From positions 8,769-72,768 of the forward strand of contig DASWUU010000155.1 of NCBI GenBank assembly GCA_036401515.1: a stretch of DNA of 64,000 bases, in the 5' to 3' direction. The notes beneath the pieces are model-generated. The model made no database searches, was not told the origin of the DNA, and saw nothing but the letters and a program-made list of their open reading frames with translations. The DNA is from Steroidobacteraceae bacterium. GTDB taxonomy: Bacteria > Pseudomonadota > Gammaproteobacteria > Steroidobacterales > Steroidobacteraceae. Below are positions 36,575 through 45,518 of this stretch, one piece after another. The first letter of the stretch is position 1. Each line of letters opens with the position of its first letter. A program made the position numbers and the translations under genes.

Positions 36575-37427
36575 TTAAGCCACCACGTTTTCAATGACTC
36601 CGATGCCCTCAATTTCGCAACGGACTACATCGCCTTTTTTTGGAAATTGAGGAGGCTTCATGCCAATCCTAGCGCCATCCGGTGTACCGGTAGCGATAAG
36701 ATCCCCTGTTTCAAGAGTGAATGCGGTTGATAGGTAGCTGGTTTGTTGCCAGATGTTGTAGATCAATTCGGCCGTAGTGCTTTCTTGGCGCTTGACGCCG
36801 TTTACCAGGCAGCGCAGTGCGAGATCATGCGGGTTGGGCACTTCGTCCGCAGTCACAATCCATGGGCCCTGGGTCCGTGAGTATCGAATGATTTGCCCAC
36901 TGTGAACGTCGGTGAATGGAACTGCCAGTCACGGGCGGTAGACATCGTTCGCCACGAAGTAGCCGAATACATGGCTGCTAGCGTCGGCTTCTTGGACGTG
37001 TTTCGCAGGCGCGCCAATCATGCCGCCGAGCTCGACCTCGTAATCGAGCTTCTCGGTGACACCGGGCCCAATCGGGTCGAAGGGGCCCGAGATGCAAGAA
37101 GTCTGCTTTGTTGAATCACAGCTGCTGCTTCGGGGCCGGTACGCCGAGACCCACCGCTTCCTCGAGGTGCTTGCGATAATTCATGCCGATGGCGAGGTAC
37201 TTACCTGGTCGCTCGATGGGTGCAAGCAGCCGGACCGAAGCGAGTGGAATGCTGGCTTGGGTCGTTGAGATGTGCGCCGCCAACCGCTCCAGCGCGGGAG
37301 CGCCCCCAGACACGACGGCTTGAATGGTCGGGAATTCACGGTTCAAGGCATCTAGGGGTACGATGCTTTCACCCTTCAGTGCGCCCAAGTAAATTCTACT
37401 GGCTTGCTCGTATCTCAAAAATCGCAT
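36575..37427 (-). pseudogene. fumarylacetoacetate hydrolase (FAH)-family gene with three frameshifts
   Basis: GGAGAAAAAG then ATG 37427, MRFLRY...LLAPIERPGKYLAIGMNYRKH...PKQQL* (TGA at 37116-37118). The next frame reads KQTSCISGPFDPIGPGVTEKLDYEVELGGMIG...VFGYFVANDV, ending at TGA 36929-36931. The block STARDWQFHSPTFTVGKSFDTHGP is in a third frame. Reading then returns to GPWIVTADEVPNPHDLALRCLVNG...GDLIATGTPDG. Confidence 0.7.
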
Positions 37428-37661
37428 GAATCTTTTTCTCCTACGGGAGACTGGGTGGACAAAAGCAGCAGTCTGGCGGATCCGGAATTTACCGAACAGA
37501 CGGCTTTTCCAGTAATCCGACACCGAAGTAGGATCGGCTCGACCCCCAGAATGCCAGCAGCAGAGTGATGCTCAATGAGCATCGCGCGAATGCTTTCACC
37601 ATCGTGGCGGACTGGGGACGCGGCCTTATCCTACTGAGATAGAAAGGGGAGAAGCAACTTC

Positions 37662-38240
37662 ATGCCGCACGTCAAACCGATCAAATTCGCGCATGTCGTC
37701 TATCGCACGCGACGTTTTGAGCAGATGGTGCACTGGTACAAAACGGTGTTCGATGCCAAGGAGCAATTCAAGAACGAAATGCTGGCCTTTGTCACCTACG
37801 ATGATGAACACCACCGCGTCGCCTTGGTCAATCTTGGGGTGTTGGACCCGGGAGGCGCGCCGACGGAACGGCGTGGCAAGATCGGTGTTGATCACGTGGC
37901 ATACACCTACCAAACCTTGCGCGATTTGCTCGAGAACTATGCGCACTTGAAAGCTCTCGGGATCGAGCCTTACTGGGCTATTCACCATGGCGTCACCGTA
38001 TCACTCTACTACGCCGATCCCGACGGCAATCAGATGGAATTTCAAGTCGATAGCTTTCCAACCAACGAAAAAGCCAATGCTTATATGTATGGCCCCAATT
38101 ACGCCGCAAATTCGCTGGGAGTGGAGTACAACCCCGATGAATGGCTCACGCGCCTTCGCGCTGGCGAACCGGAATTGGGAATGCTTTTGCGCAGTAGGGA
38201 TGAGCCGATATCGCCGTTCCGAGGCTCGTTGGTCCAGTAA
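37662..38240 (+). CDS. VOC-superfamily protein (single-module extradiol-dioxygenase-like)
   Basis: GGGGAGAAG then ATG. FAHVVYRTRRFEQMVHWYKTVF...HHRVALVN...GVDHVAYTY...GVTVSLYYADPDGNQMEFQVD. Confidence 0.75.
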   Translation: MPHVKPIKFAHVVYRTRRFEQMVHWYKTVFDAKEQFKNEMLAFVTYDDEHHRVALVNLGVLDPGGAPTERRGKIGVDHVAYTYQTLRDLLENYAHLKALGIEPYWAIHHGVTVSLYYADPDGNQMEFQVDSFPTNEKANAYMYGPNYAANSLGVEYNPDEWLTRLRAGEPELGMLLRSRDEPISPFRGSLVQ

Positions 38241-38403
38241 TCGTTCGCAGAGTTTCATGATCTGCTGCGTCGTGAACGCCGACTAACTGCAAGTTCGTAC
38301 GACCCCAGTCGGGCGTTATCGGTGTGTTGGTTCTAGGACCGTCGAGCGGATATCCTACCAGTCATCCGCAATCTGCAATCTTTGCTGAGGAGCTCGAATT
38401 GGC

Positions 38404-39405
38404 ATGCGCTTGATCGCCGTGGAAGAAGCATTCGCAACCCAGGAATACTTCGACGAATACTTGAAGCTGGCGGAACGCATCGACTCGCCGGCCACGCGCT
38501 ACCTCAAGATGTACTACCGCGGTCCTTTGGTACGTCAATTGACGGACCTCGAGTATCGGCTGAAAGACATGGATGAGCATGGGGTGGACATGCAAGTCTT
38601 GTCCTTTACGGCGCCGGGCGTGCAAGCGTTCGACGCTGCATTGGGCAGTGAGATGGCGGTGCGTGTGAACGATTGTCTGGCGGCCGCCATCAGGGCTCAT
38701 CCAAAACGTTTCGCCGGGCTCGGAGCTATTGCGCCGCAATCACCAGAGCGAGCCGCCCGGGAAATTGGCCGCATCATGCAGGACCTTAAATTGAGCGGGG
38801 TTATCGTCAACTCGCACACCCAGGGGGAGTTCCTGGACGATGAGAAGTTCGCGCCGATACTGGCCGCTGCGGTGGAACACGACGCTCCGATATATCTGCA
38901 CCCAAATTTCCCAGCCGATGCGATGATTGAGCCCTATGCGCGCTACGGAATGATGGGAGCGCTGTGGGGGTTTGCCGCGGAGTGTTCACTCCATGCGGTC
39001 AGAATGATTTTGGCTGGAGTTTTCGATCAGTTTCCAAGCCTTAAAATCGTGCTTGGGCATCTTGGTGAGGGATTGCCATTCTGGCTAGACCGCCTCGATA
39101 ACCGCTACGCAAATATTCTGCGCCGCGGCGGTCTCGAGCCGCTCGGTATGAAACGCCTTAAGCGTCAGCCGAGCGAGTACTTCCGTTCCAATTTCTGGGT
39201 CAGTACCAGTGGAATGAACACACATCCGCCGCTCGAGTTCGTTCTATCGCGACTCGGCGCGGAGCGCATTATGTTCGCCGTTGACTACCCGTATGAACAG
39301 AGCGCCGAAGCAACCGCCTTCATCCGCTCTGCGCCCTTGACCGCAGACGTCCTGAAAAAGGTCGCCCATGAAAATGCCGAGCGTCTGTTCAGAATTCCAA
39401 CTTAA
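38404..39405 (+). CDS. amidohydrolase_2 (ACMSD/LigW-type decarboxylase or hydratase) family protein
   Basis: MRLIAVEEAFATQEY..., GVDMQVLSF, APIYLHPN, VLGHLGEGLPFWL, IMFAVDYPYE. Confidence 0.75.
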   Translation: MRLIAVEEAFATQEYFDEYLKLAERIDSPATRYLKMYYRGPLVRQLTDLEYRLKDMDEHGVDMQVLSFTAPGVQAFDAALGSEMAVRVNDCLAAAIRAHPKRFAGLGAIAPQSPERAAREIGRIMQDLKLSGVIVNSHTQGEFLDDEKFAPILAAAVEHDAPIYLHPNFPADAMIEPYARYGMMGALWGFAAECSLHAVRMILAGVFDQFPSLKIVLGHLGEGLPFWLDRLDNRYANILRRGGLEPLGMKRLKRQPSEYFRSNFWVSTSGMNTHPPLEFVLSRLGAERIMFAVDYPYEQSAEATAFIRSAPLTADVLKKVAHENAERLFRIPT

Positions 39406-39577
39406 ACATGGGGGAGAGGGAGGGCGTCTGGCTTTCGGCGATACAGCAATCACATCGCCGCTCTTCTCAGGCGATGCAACTCAGGCATCGCCGTAACGCT
39501 TTGGGTTCTATCCCCTCGAGACGGACGAATTATGCTGTCGGCTTCCGGGCCTTTTGTCCCGTCGAGGAGCAATCGAG

Positions 39578-40681
39578 ATGATCGCTGCGCTGAGCCTACC
39601 CCGCCTCGTATTCGGTACCGGTTCGCTGTCACAACTGACGGCGGAACTGTTGGAACTTGGGGTGCACAGGCCGTTGTTGATCAGCGACCGGGGTCTAAAG
39701 CGCGCCGGAATAGTTGACAAAGTGTTGGCGGCGATGCCCGCGCATACCAGCACCTTTCTCGACGTGCCCGAGAATCCCACCACGGGCGGTGCCGATGCTG
39801 CGCTTCAGTATTATCGAACGAACGATGCGGACGGTGTTGTGGCTCTGGGCGGCGGCTCGGTGCTCGACAGCGCCAAGTTTGTTGCGGCGCTTGCGCATCT
39901 TCGCGTCGAGGCGCGATCGCTGGTCGGGAAGCCGGAACTCATCGTGCAGTTAGCGCCATTGGTTGCCATTCCCACCACGCTCGGAACAGGTAGTGAAAGC
40001 TCACCGGTCGCCGCCTTGCATATCGAAATTGGGGGCACCGCCCTCGGCACCCGCAGCCACCTTCTGGTGCCGAAGGTTGCCCTGTGTGATCCTGACCTGG
40101 CGCGAACTTTGCCCCGCCGACTCATCGCGGCTACCGGCATCGATGCGCTGTCGCATTGTATCGAAGGGTTCTTCGCCGAACCGGAAAATTCTTTCATCGA
40201 TGCGCTGGCCTTGGATGGCATCGCGCGCGTGTTCGATAGCCTGCATGCCGCCTTGGCGAGCGACGGAGATGCCGCACGCACCTCCCTCATGGCCGCTGCC
40301 TATGCGGGTGGAATTGCCATCAACAAAGGATTGGGTCCTGCGCACGCCGTTGCACTCGCCTGCAGCGACCAAGAATTGCACCACGGCACACTCATCGCGG
40401 TGGCGTTGCCAGCGGCGGTCTCGTTGGTGACTCCTCATCTTCCGCACAAGGCGGCGCGCTTGGCTGCCGCGCTCGGCGCTCGGGATTCGGCCGAAGTGGC
40501 GATTATGTTGCGAAAGCTAACTGCCGCAGTCGGCCTGCCGCACTCCCTCAAACACGCAGGCTACCACGGCGAGGTGCAAGCATTAACGGACAGACTGATC
40601 GTGAGCCCGTTCAATCGCACCAGTCCTTACGTGCCCTCGGCAGTGGAGTATCGGCAGATGGCGGTTGAACTGCTGGCGTGA
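39578..40681 (+). CDS. iron-containing alcohol dehydrogenase family protein (maleylacetate-reductase-like)
   Basis: GAGGAG then ATG 39578. PLLISDRGL, VVALGGGSVLDSAKFVA, AIPTTLGTGSESS, DALSHCIEG. Confidence 0.8.
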   Translation: MIAALSLPRLVFGTGSLSQLTAELLELGVHRPLLISDRGLKRAGIVDKVLAAMPAHTSTFLDVPENPTTGGADAALQYYRTNDADGVVALGGGSVLDSAKFVAALAHLRVEARSLVGKPELIVQLAPLVAIPTTLGTGSESSPVAALHIEIGGTALGTRSHLLVPKVALCDPDLARTLPRRLIAATGIDALSHCIEGFFAEPENSFIDALALDGIARVFDSLHAALASDGDAARTSLMAAAYAGGIAINKGLGPAHAVALACSDQELHHGTLIAVALPAAVSLVTPHLPHKAARLAAALGARDSAEVAIMLRKLTAAVGLPHSLKHAGYHGEVQALTDRLIVSPFNRTSPYVPSAVEYRQMAVELLA

Positions 40682-40776
40682 GCCGCGATGCGCTTCCGGT
40701 ATCGCCACGATAAACTTCGCATCTGGCCGCTTCCTGCGCCATCTGCCAGCTTTACATCGACAAGGGGACTCTTCTC

Positions 40777-42267
40777 ATGACGCAGTCGACGGCGGTCCCG
40801 CCGCTCAATACACCGCTGAAAACTACGCATTTTATCAACGGCAAATGGTCCGCGGCCGGCGGCCGCACCTTCCCCGACTACAACCCGTTCGATGACGAGT
40901 TGCTATTCCAAGTAGCTGCGGGTGGCCGTGCCGAATCCGAGTCGGCCGTAGCCGCCGCGACCCAGGCATTTCCCGCCTGGGCGGCCCTGCCGCCCACTGA
41001 GCGGCAGCGATTATTTCTGAAGGCGGCTGACATCATTGACCGGCGCTTGCCGCAGATTGTGCACACCATGGCCGTAGAGAGCGGCTCGTGTCATGCCTTC
41101 GCGACGTTCCAGGTGCGATGGTCGTCGAATCTGATGCGACAGGCCGCCAGCTGGGGATACCTGCCGGCCGGCGACTATCTGCCTAGCGATACACCAGGCC
41201 GCATCGCTCTGGCAGTTCGCAAACCACTCGGCGTCGTGGCCGGCTTCACACCATGGAACGGCGCGTTCAGTCTGGCGTGGCGCACCATCGCCTTGCCCAT
41301 GGCTTTCGGCAACACCGTCGTGATCAAGCCCTCGGAACTTGCGCCCATTTCCGCAGGCCTTCTGCACGCGGAGATCCTCGAGGAAGCCGGCTTTCCAGCC
41401 GGAACGATTAACGTGGTGACCCACGCGCCGGGAGAAGCAGGCGCGATTGCAGATGTGTTCTTTGAAAGCCGAGCCGTGCGGTGTATCAACTTCACGGGCT
41501 CCGCGGCCACGGCGCGCATGCTGGGCGCGAAGGCCGGGCAGGCATTGAAGCGCACCGTATTCGAACTCGGCGGCTTCAATCCAATGCTGGTGCTTCGAGA
41601 CGCCAATATCGCCGAGGCAGTCAACGCCACTGCATTCGGCGCCTTCTTTCATCAGGGTCAGATCTGCATGAATACCCGCAAGGTTTATGTCGAGCGGCAG
41701 GTGCACGATGAATTTGTCGAAAAGCTTGCGCTCAAGGTGCGCGGCATCAAGTCCGGCAATCCGACCGATCCGTCCAGCGTCATCGGCCCGCTCATCTCGG
41801 AAAAAGCGTTACAGCAATGTCAGGAACGCGTGAAAGATGCTCTGGATCGCGGCGCCAAGCTGGTGATCGGCGGCACCTCGCAGGGGAGGATCTATGCGCC
41901 CACTATACTTACGCACGTGCCGAAGGAAGCGATTTGTACCACCGGCAGCGAAGAGACATTCGGCCCTGTGCTGATCATCGAAGCGGTCGACAGTGCCGAG
42001 GAAGCGCTGCGGCGAGCGCAGGACACCCCATATGGCTTAAGTGCCGCCATCATGACGGGGGATCAAGACAAAGGACTGGCGCTTGCGCAGCAGTTCGACG
42101 TCGGCATTATCCACATTAACGCCTCGACCATGGCGAGCGAGCCGTCCTTGCCCAATGGAGGCGTGAAGGACAGTGGCTGGGGACGCTCCGGCCTCTACGC
42201 GGTCGAAGACTTCACGGAAGTGCGGCTGACGACATTGAACAGCGGCGCAAGTCGCTACCCCTTCTGA
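40777..42267 (+). CDS. NAD(P)-dependent aldehyde dehydrogenase
   Basis: 496 aa. FINGKW, GFTPWNGAF, VVIKPSELAP, FELGGFNP, EETFGPVL, PNGGVKDSGWGR. Confidence 0.9.
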   Translation: MTQSTAVPPLNTPLKTTHFINGKWSAAGGRTFPDYNPFDDELLFQVAAGGRAESESAVAAATQAFPAWAALPPTERQRLFLKAADIIDRRLPQIVHTMAVESGSCHAFATFQVRWSSNLMRQAASWGYLPAGDYLPSDTPGRIALAVRKPLGVVAGFTPWNGAFSLAWRTIALPMAFGNTVVIKPSELAPISAGLLHAEILEEAGFPAGTINVVTHAPGEAGAIADVFFESRAVRCINFTGSAATARMLGAKAGQALKRTVFELGGFNPMLVLRDANIAEAVNATAFGAFFHQGQICMNTRKVYVERQVHDEFVEKLALKVRGIKSGNPTDPSSVIGPLISEKALQQCQERVKDALDRGAKLVIGGTSQGRIYAPTILTHVPKEAICTTGSEETFGPVLIIEAVDSAEEALRRAQDTPYGLSAAIMTGDQDKGLALAQQFDVGIIHINASTMASEPSLPNGGVKDSGWGRSGLYAVEDFTEVRLTTLNSGASRYPF

Positions 42268-42290
42268 CTCGCGCAACAGTCTAGAGCCGC

Positions 42291-43733
42291 GTGCCGAAAA
42301 AAACTGAAGCCCGAGAAGTCACGCTGACCGATCTCATCGACGGTCAGAAGATTGGCCTGCGTCTGAGCTTGTTAGTGCTCGTCGCTATGCTCGTGCTGAT
42401 CAGCGATGGCTTCGATCTGGCCAGTATTGGTTACGTGGTCCCTGAGCTGCTGAAGCATTGGCACATCAAACGCGAGGCGCTTACGCCGGCATTGACCGCG
42501 GGCACAGTCGGTTTGCTTTTGGGCGCGCCACTCTTGAGTTTCGCGGGCGATCGCTACGGTCGAAAGGTTGCGATACTTTCCGGGCTGGCCTTCTTTGGCC
42601 TCATGTCGCTGCTCACGGGTTTTGCCATGACGCTTACGCAGATCACCGCGTTGCGCTTTCTGACCGGCATCGGCTTGGGCGGGGTCATCCCGAACATTGT
42701 GGCGCTGGTATCGGAGTTCGCGCCACGAAGGTTACGCGGCCGCTGTCTCGTGCTGGTCACCTTCGGGGTGGCCCTAGGCATCGCGCTCGCCGGCCGCGTC
42801 GCTGCCGCATTTGTACCCGAATTCGGCTGGCAAGTGCTAATGGTGGTGGGCGGGGTGTCCCCGCTTCTGCTGATCGTGATCGTGCATTTTGCGGTGCCCG
42901 AGTCCATCAAATATCTCGCCGAGCGCGGCGACAAGGATGCACAAGTGAGGCGCCTCGCCTCGGACCTACGCCCCGACATGGACATCGACGACAACACGCA
43001 GCTCATCGTGCCTACCGTGAGCGCACCGTCTGTCCGCGGATCGCCCAAGCAATTGTTCGAGGGTGGTTTATTGGTGATCACTCCGTTGTTGTGGATCGCG
43101 CAGGCGACCAATCAGGTCGCCAATTTCTTTTCGCTCACCTGGCTGCCCACGCTTTTGCAGGCCACTGGCTCAAGCACTCAACAAGCCGGCGCGATCAACT
43201 CGTGGTTTTCATTCGGAGGAATGATCGGCGGCCTCTGCCTGATGTTCACGATCGATCGAGTCGGCACCTTACCGCTGGTCATCCTGTTTGTATTGGGTAC
43301 GCCGCTCGTTGGCATTTTGACCCTGGGCGGGCTGTCATCGTCTGAGCAGACCCTGGTGTTCGCAGGCGCCGGCTTCTGTGTTGTGGGCCTCCAAATGGGC
43401 ATCACCGCTGTGCAGGGGATGATTTATCCCACTCCCGTTCGTTCCACGGGAGCCGGCTGGTGCCAGGCGGCGGGTCGCATCGGCGCAATCGTGGCGCCAT
43501 TGGGTGGGGGCGCGCTGTTGGCGGCTAGAGTCCCCATTCCGCAGTTATCGCATTATGCGGCAGCGCTAATGGGAATCGGCGCGGTAGCTTGTATAACGCT
43601 CGCTTTGCTTTGCATTCGCCGCCTCGGCGGCTACCAGTTGAAAGAGTTTCACACTCGAGTGGAAGGCGCGCCCCGAGTAGCGGCATCGCGGTCCCCACTT
43701 AGCACATCGCCTCCAGCCGCAGAATCCCGCTGA
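42291..43733 (+). CDS. MFS transporter (aromatic-acid/H+ symporter-like)
   Basis: 12-TM profile. DGFDLASIGYVVPEL, LSFAGDRYGRKVAILSG, GIGLGGVIPN. Confidence 0.85.
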   Translation: MPKKTEAREVTLTDLIDGQKIGLRLSLLVLVAMLVLISDGFDLASIGYVVPELLKHWHIKREALTPALTAGTVGLLLGAPLLSFAGDRYGRKVAILSGLAFFGLMSLLTGFAMTLTQITALRFLTGIGLGGVIPNIVALVSEFAPRRLRGRCLVLVTFGVALGIALAGRVAAAFVPEFGWQVLMVVGGVSPLLLIVIVHFAVPESIKYLAERGDKDAQVRRLASDLRPDMDIDDNTQLIVPTVSAPSVRGSPKQLFEGGLLVITPLLWIAQATNQVANFFSLTWLPTLLQATGSSTQQAGAINSWFSFGGMIGGLCLMFTIDRVGTLPLVILFVLGTPLVGILTLGGLSSSEQTLVFAGAGFCVVGLQMGITAVQGMIYPTPVRSTGAGWCQAAGRIGAIVAPLGGGALLAARVPIPQLSHYAAALMGIGAVACITLALLCIRRLGGYQLKEFHTRVEGAPRVAASRSPLSTSPPAAESR

Positions 43734-43855
43734 ATCTGTCATGAGCGCGCTCGACGCGCGCTGATACCTGCAACACATCGCTCAGTGCCTTTTGCCATCT
43801 CTGTCGTTGTTCGGCCCACGCTTAGACTTCTTCACATTCTCGGTAAAAGGGAAGG

Positions 43856-45514
43856 GTGATGTCCGCGGTTCCAAACATTAAGCCAAGAGTGGTCATCGTC
43901 GGCGCGGGCCCCGTGGGCATCGCGACTGCGATTGAGTTGGGACAAAGATCCATCTCTTGTGTAGTAATTGAGCGCAACAATCGCGCCGGGAACGCGCCGC
44001 GCGCCAAGACTACGCATACGCGAACGCGTGAACATCTGCGGCGGTGGGGAATCGCGCAGCGGCTGGCAGAGGCCGCGCCCTTCGGTATCGAATATCCGCC
44101 CAATGTCGTGTTTGTTACACGACTGGCCGGTCCTGAAATTACGCGCTTCGAGGGATCACTGTATTGCTCTCCAAAGCGCGATGAGCGCTACTCGGAACAC
44201 AGTCAGTGGATTCCGCAGTACAAGCTCGAAGCGGTTTTGCGGGACCACGCTAAGACATTACCCTGTGTCGACATTCAGTTCGGAAAAGAGTACCTATCTT
44301 GCGAACAGGATGAGCGCGGAGTGCACGTGCACGTGCGCGACTGTGCCAGCGGCAGTGAACAGCGCCTCGATGCGGAATATCTGGTAGGCGCTGATGGCAG
44401 CCGCAGCGCGGTGCGAGAATCCATTGGCGCAAAAATGGTCGGCACCTATGGCCTGTCTCGCAACTATAACACGATTTTCAAGGCGCCGGGCCTTGCCGGG
44501 GCGCACCGGCACGGACCCGGCATCATGTATTGGCAGTGCAACTCGGAGGTTCCAAGTCTAATCGGTCCGATGGACAGCGACGATGTCTGGTTCTTCATGC
44601 CCATGCAGCTGGGCCCCGGCGTGACATTTACGCCAGAGCAGACGGTGGAGCGAATCCGCACAGCTACCGGCATCGATCTGCCTTATCAGATATTGAGCTC
44701 CGATGAATGGGTGGCGAATAAACTGCTCGCTAACCGCTACCGCAAAGGGCGCGCATTCCTGGTGGGCGATGCCTGTCATCTGCATCCGCCGTTCGGCGGA
44801 TTTGGCATGAACATGGGCATCTCAGACGGCGTCGACATCGGCTGGAAACTGGCGGCGGTGTTGCAGGGTTGGGGCGGCGAGATCTTGCTCGACAGTTACG
44901 AAGTCGAGCGGCGTGCGGCGCATGAAGTCGTTCTGGAGGAATCCGATGCCAATCATTCGCAGCTGCCGGGACAGCTGGCGCGCGAGGGCATCGAGGAACT
45001 CACGCCTAGGGGGGATGAGGTGCGTCGCGAAGTCGCCGAGCTGGTGAAGCGTACCAAACACCGAGAGTTCTTCGCGCTCGGGGTCATGCTTGGCTACAGC
45101 TACAAAGGTTCGCCCATTGTGGTGAGCGACGGCCGGCCGAGCGGCTGGTGCCGCTCGCTCGACTATGTGCCGACGGCGGAGCCTGGCTGCCTCGCACCAC
45201 ATCGGTGGCTCTCGGACGACAAGTCCTTGTACGATCTCTTCGGCTTAGGTTTTACGCTGCTGGCGCTCGATGATGTCGATGCGCGGGACTTGGACGTCGC
45301 GGTCAGTGAGGCGCGCGCTGCAGGAGTGCCGATGGATGTCCTTCGCCTACCAGACCCTGCGCTACGGGAGCTGTATCAAGCCAAACGCGCGCTGATCCGG
45401 CCGGATCAGCATGTGGCATGGCGCGGCGATGCCTGGCCTGCCAATGAGGTACTCGCCGTCGCCTGTGGGCTATCGCGCCGGCATTCGGTACCGGAAGTCG
45501 CCAGTCTCGCTTGA
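43856..45514 (+). CDS. PheA/TfdB-type FAD-dependent aromatic monooxygenase (paralog 2, no extra domain)
   Basis: VVIVGAGPVGIATAIELG, RAKTTHTRTREHLRRWGIA, GADGSRSAVRE, GDACHLHPPFGGFGMNMGISDGVDIGWKLAAVLQGWGG, RPDQHVAWRGD. 552 aa. Confidence 0.9.
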   Translation: MMSAVPNIKPRVVIVGAGPVGIATAIELGQRSISCVVIERNNRAGNAPRAKTTHTRTREHLRRWGIAQRLAEAAPFGIEYPPNVVFVTRLAGPEITRFEGSLYCSPKRDERYSEHSQWIPQYKLEAVLRDHAKTLPCVDIQFGKEYLSCEQDERGVHVHVRDCASGSEQRLDAEYLVGADGSRSAVRESIGAKMVGTYGLSRNYNTIFKAPGLAGAHRHGPGIMYWQCNSEVPSLIGPMDSDDVWFFMPMQLGPGVTFTPEQTVERIRTATGIDLPYQILSSDEWVANKLLANRYRKGRAFLVGDACHLHPPFGGFGMNMGISDGVDIGWKLAAVLQGWGGEILLDSYEVERRAAHEVVLEESDANHSQLPGQLAREGIEELTPRGDEVRREVAELVKRTKHREFFALGVMLGYSYKGSPIVVSDGRPSGWCRSLDYVPTAEPGCLAPHRWLSDDKSLYDLFGLGFTLLALDDVDARDLDVAVSEARAAGVPMDVLRLPDPALRELYQAKRALIRPDQHVAWRGDAWPANEVLAVACGLSRRHSVPEVASLA

Positions 45515-45518
45515 GCAA

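Noticed and set aside
8125-37427. Explaining all frameshifts as long-read consensus errors.
   Set aside because: Lesions cluster in specific genes and are accompanied by nonsense codons, deletions, truncations and an active-site substitution. Several ORFs of 700-940 codons are flawless. Error cannot be excluded for single-indel cases without reads (notably the FAH gene).
38404-38440. N-terminal IAVEEAF (no His) in the amidohydrolase_2 protein as a lost metal ligand.
   Set aside because: I recall EEAF-type starts being common in uncharacterised members of this family, so I cannot claim it is unusual without an alignment.
45411-45518. Upstream extension of the aceE ORF (937 aa in the track), which overlaps the end of the monooxygenase gene.
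   Set aside because: The extension (MWHGAAMPGLPMRYSP...) is simply the monooxygenase 3' end read in another frame. AceE-like sequence begins at MKLMQEPVPDHDPF (ATG 45519).
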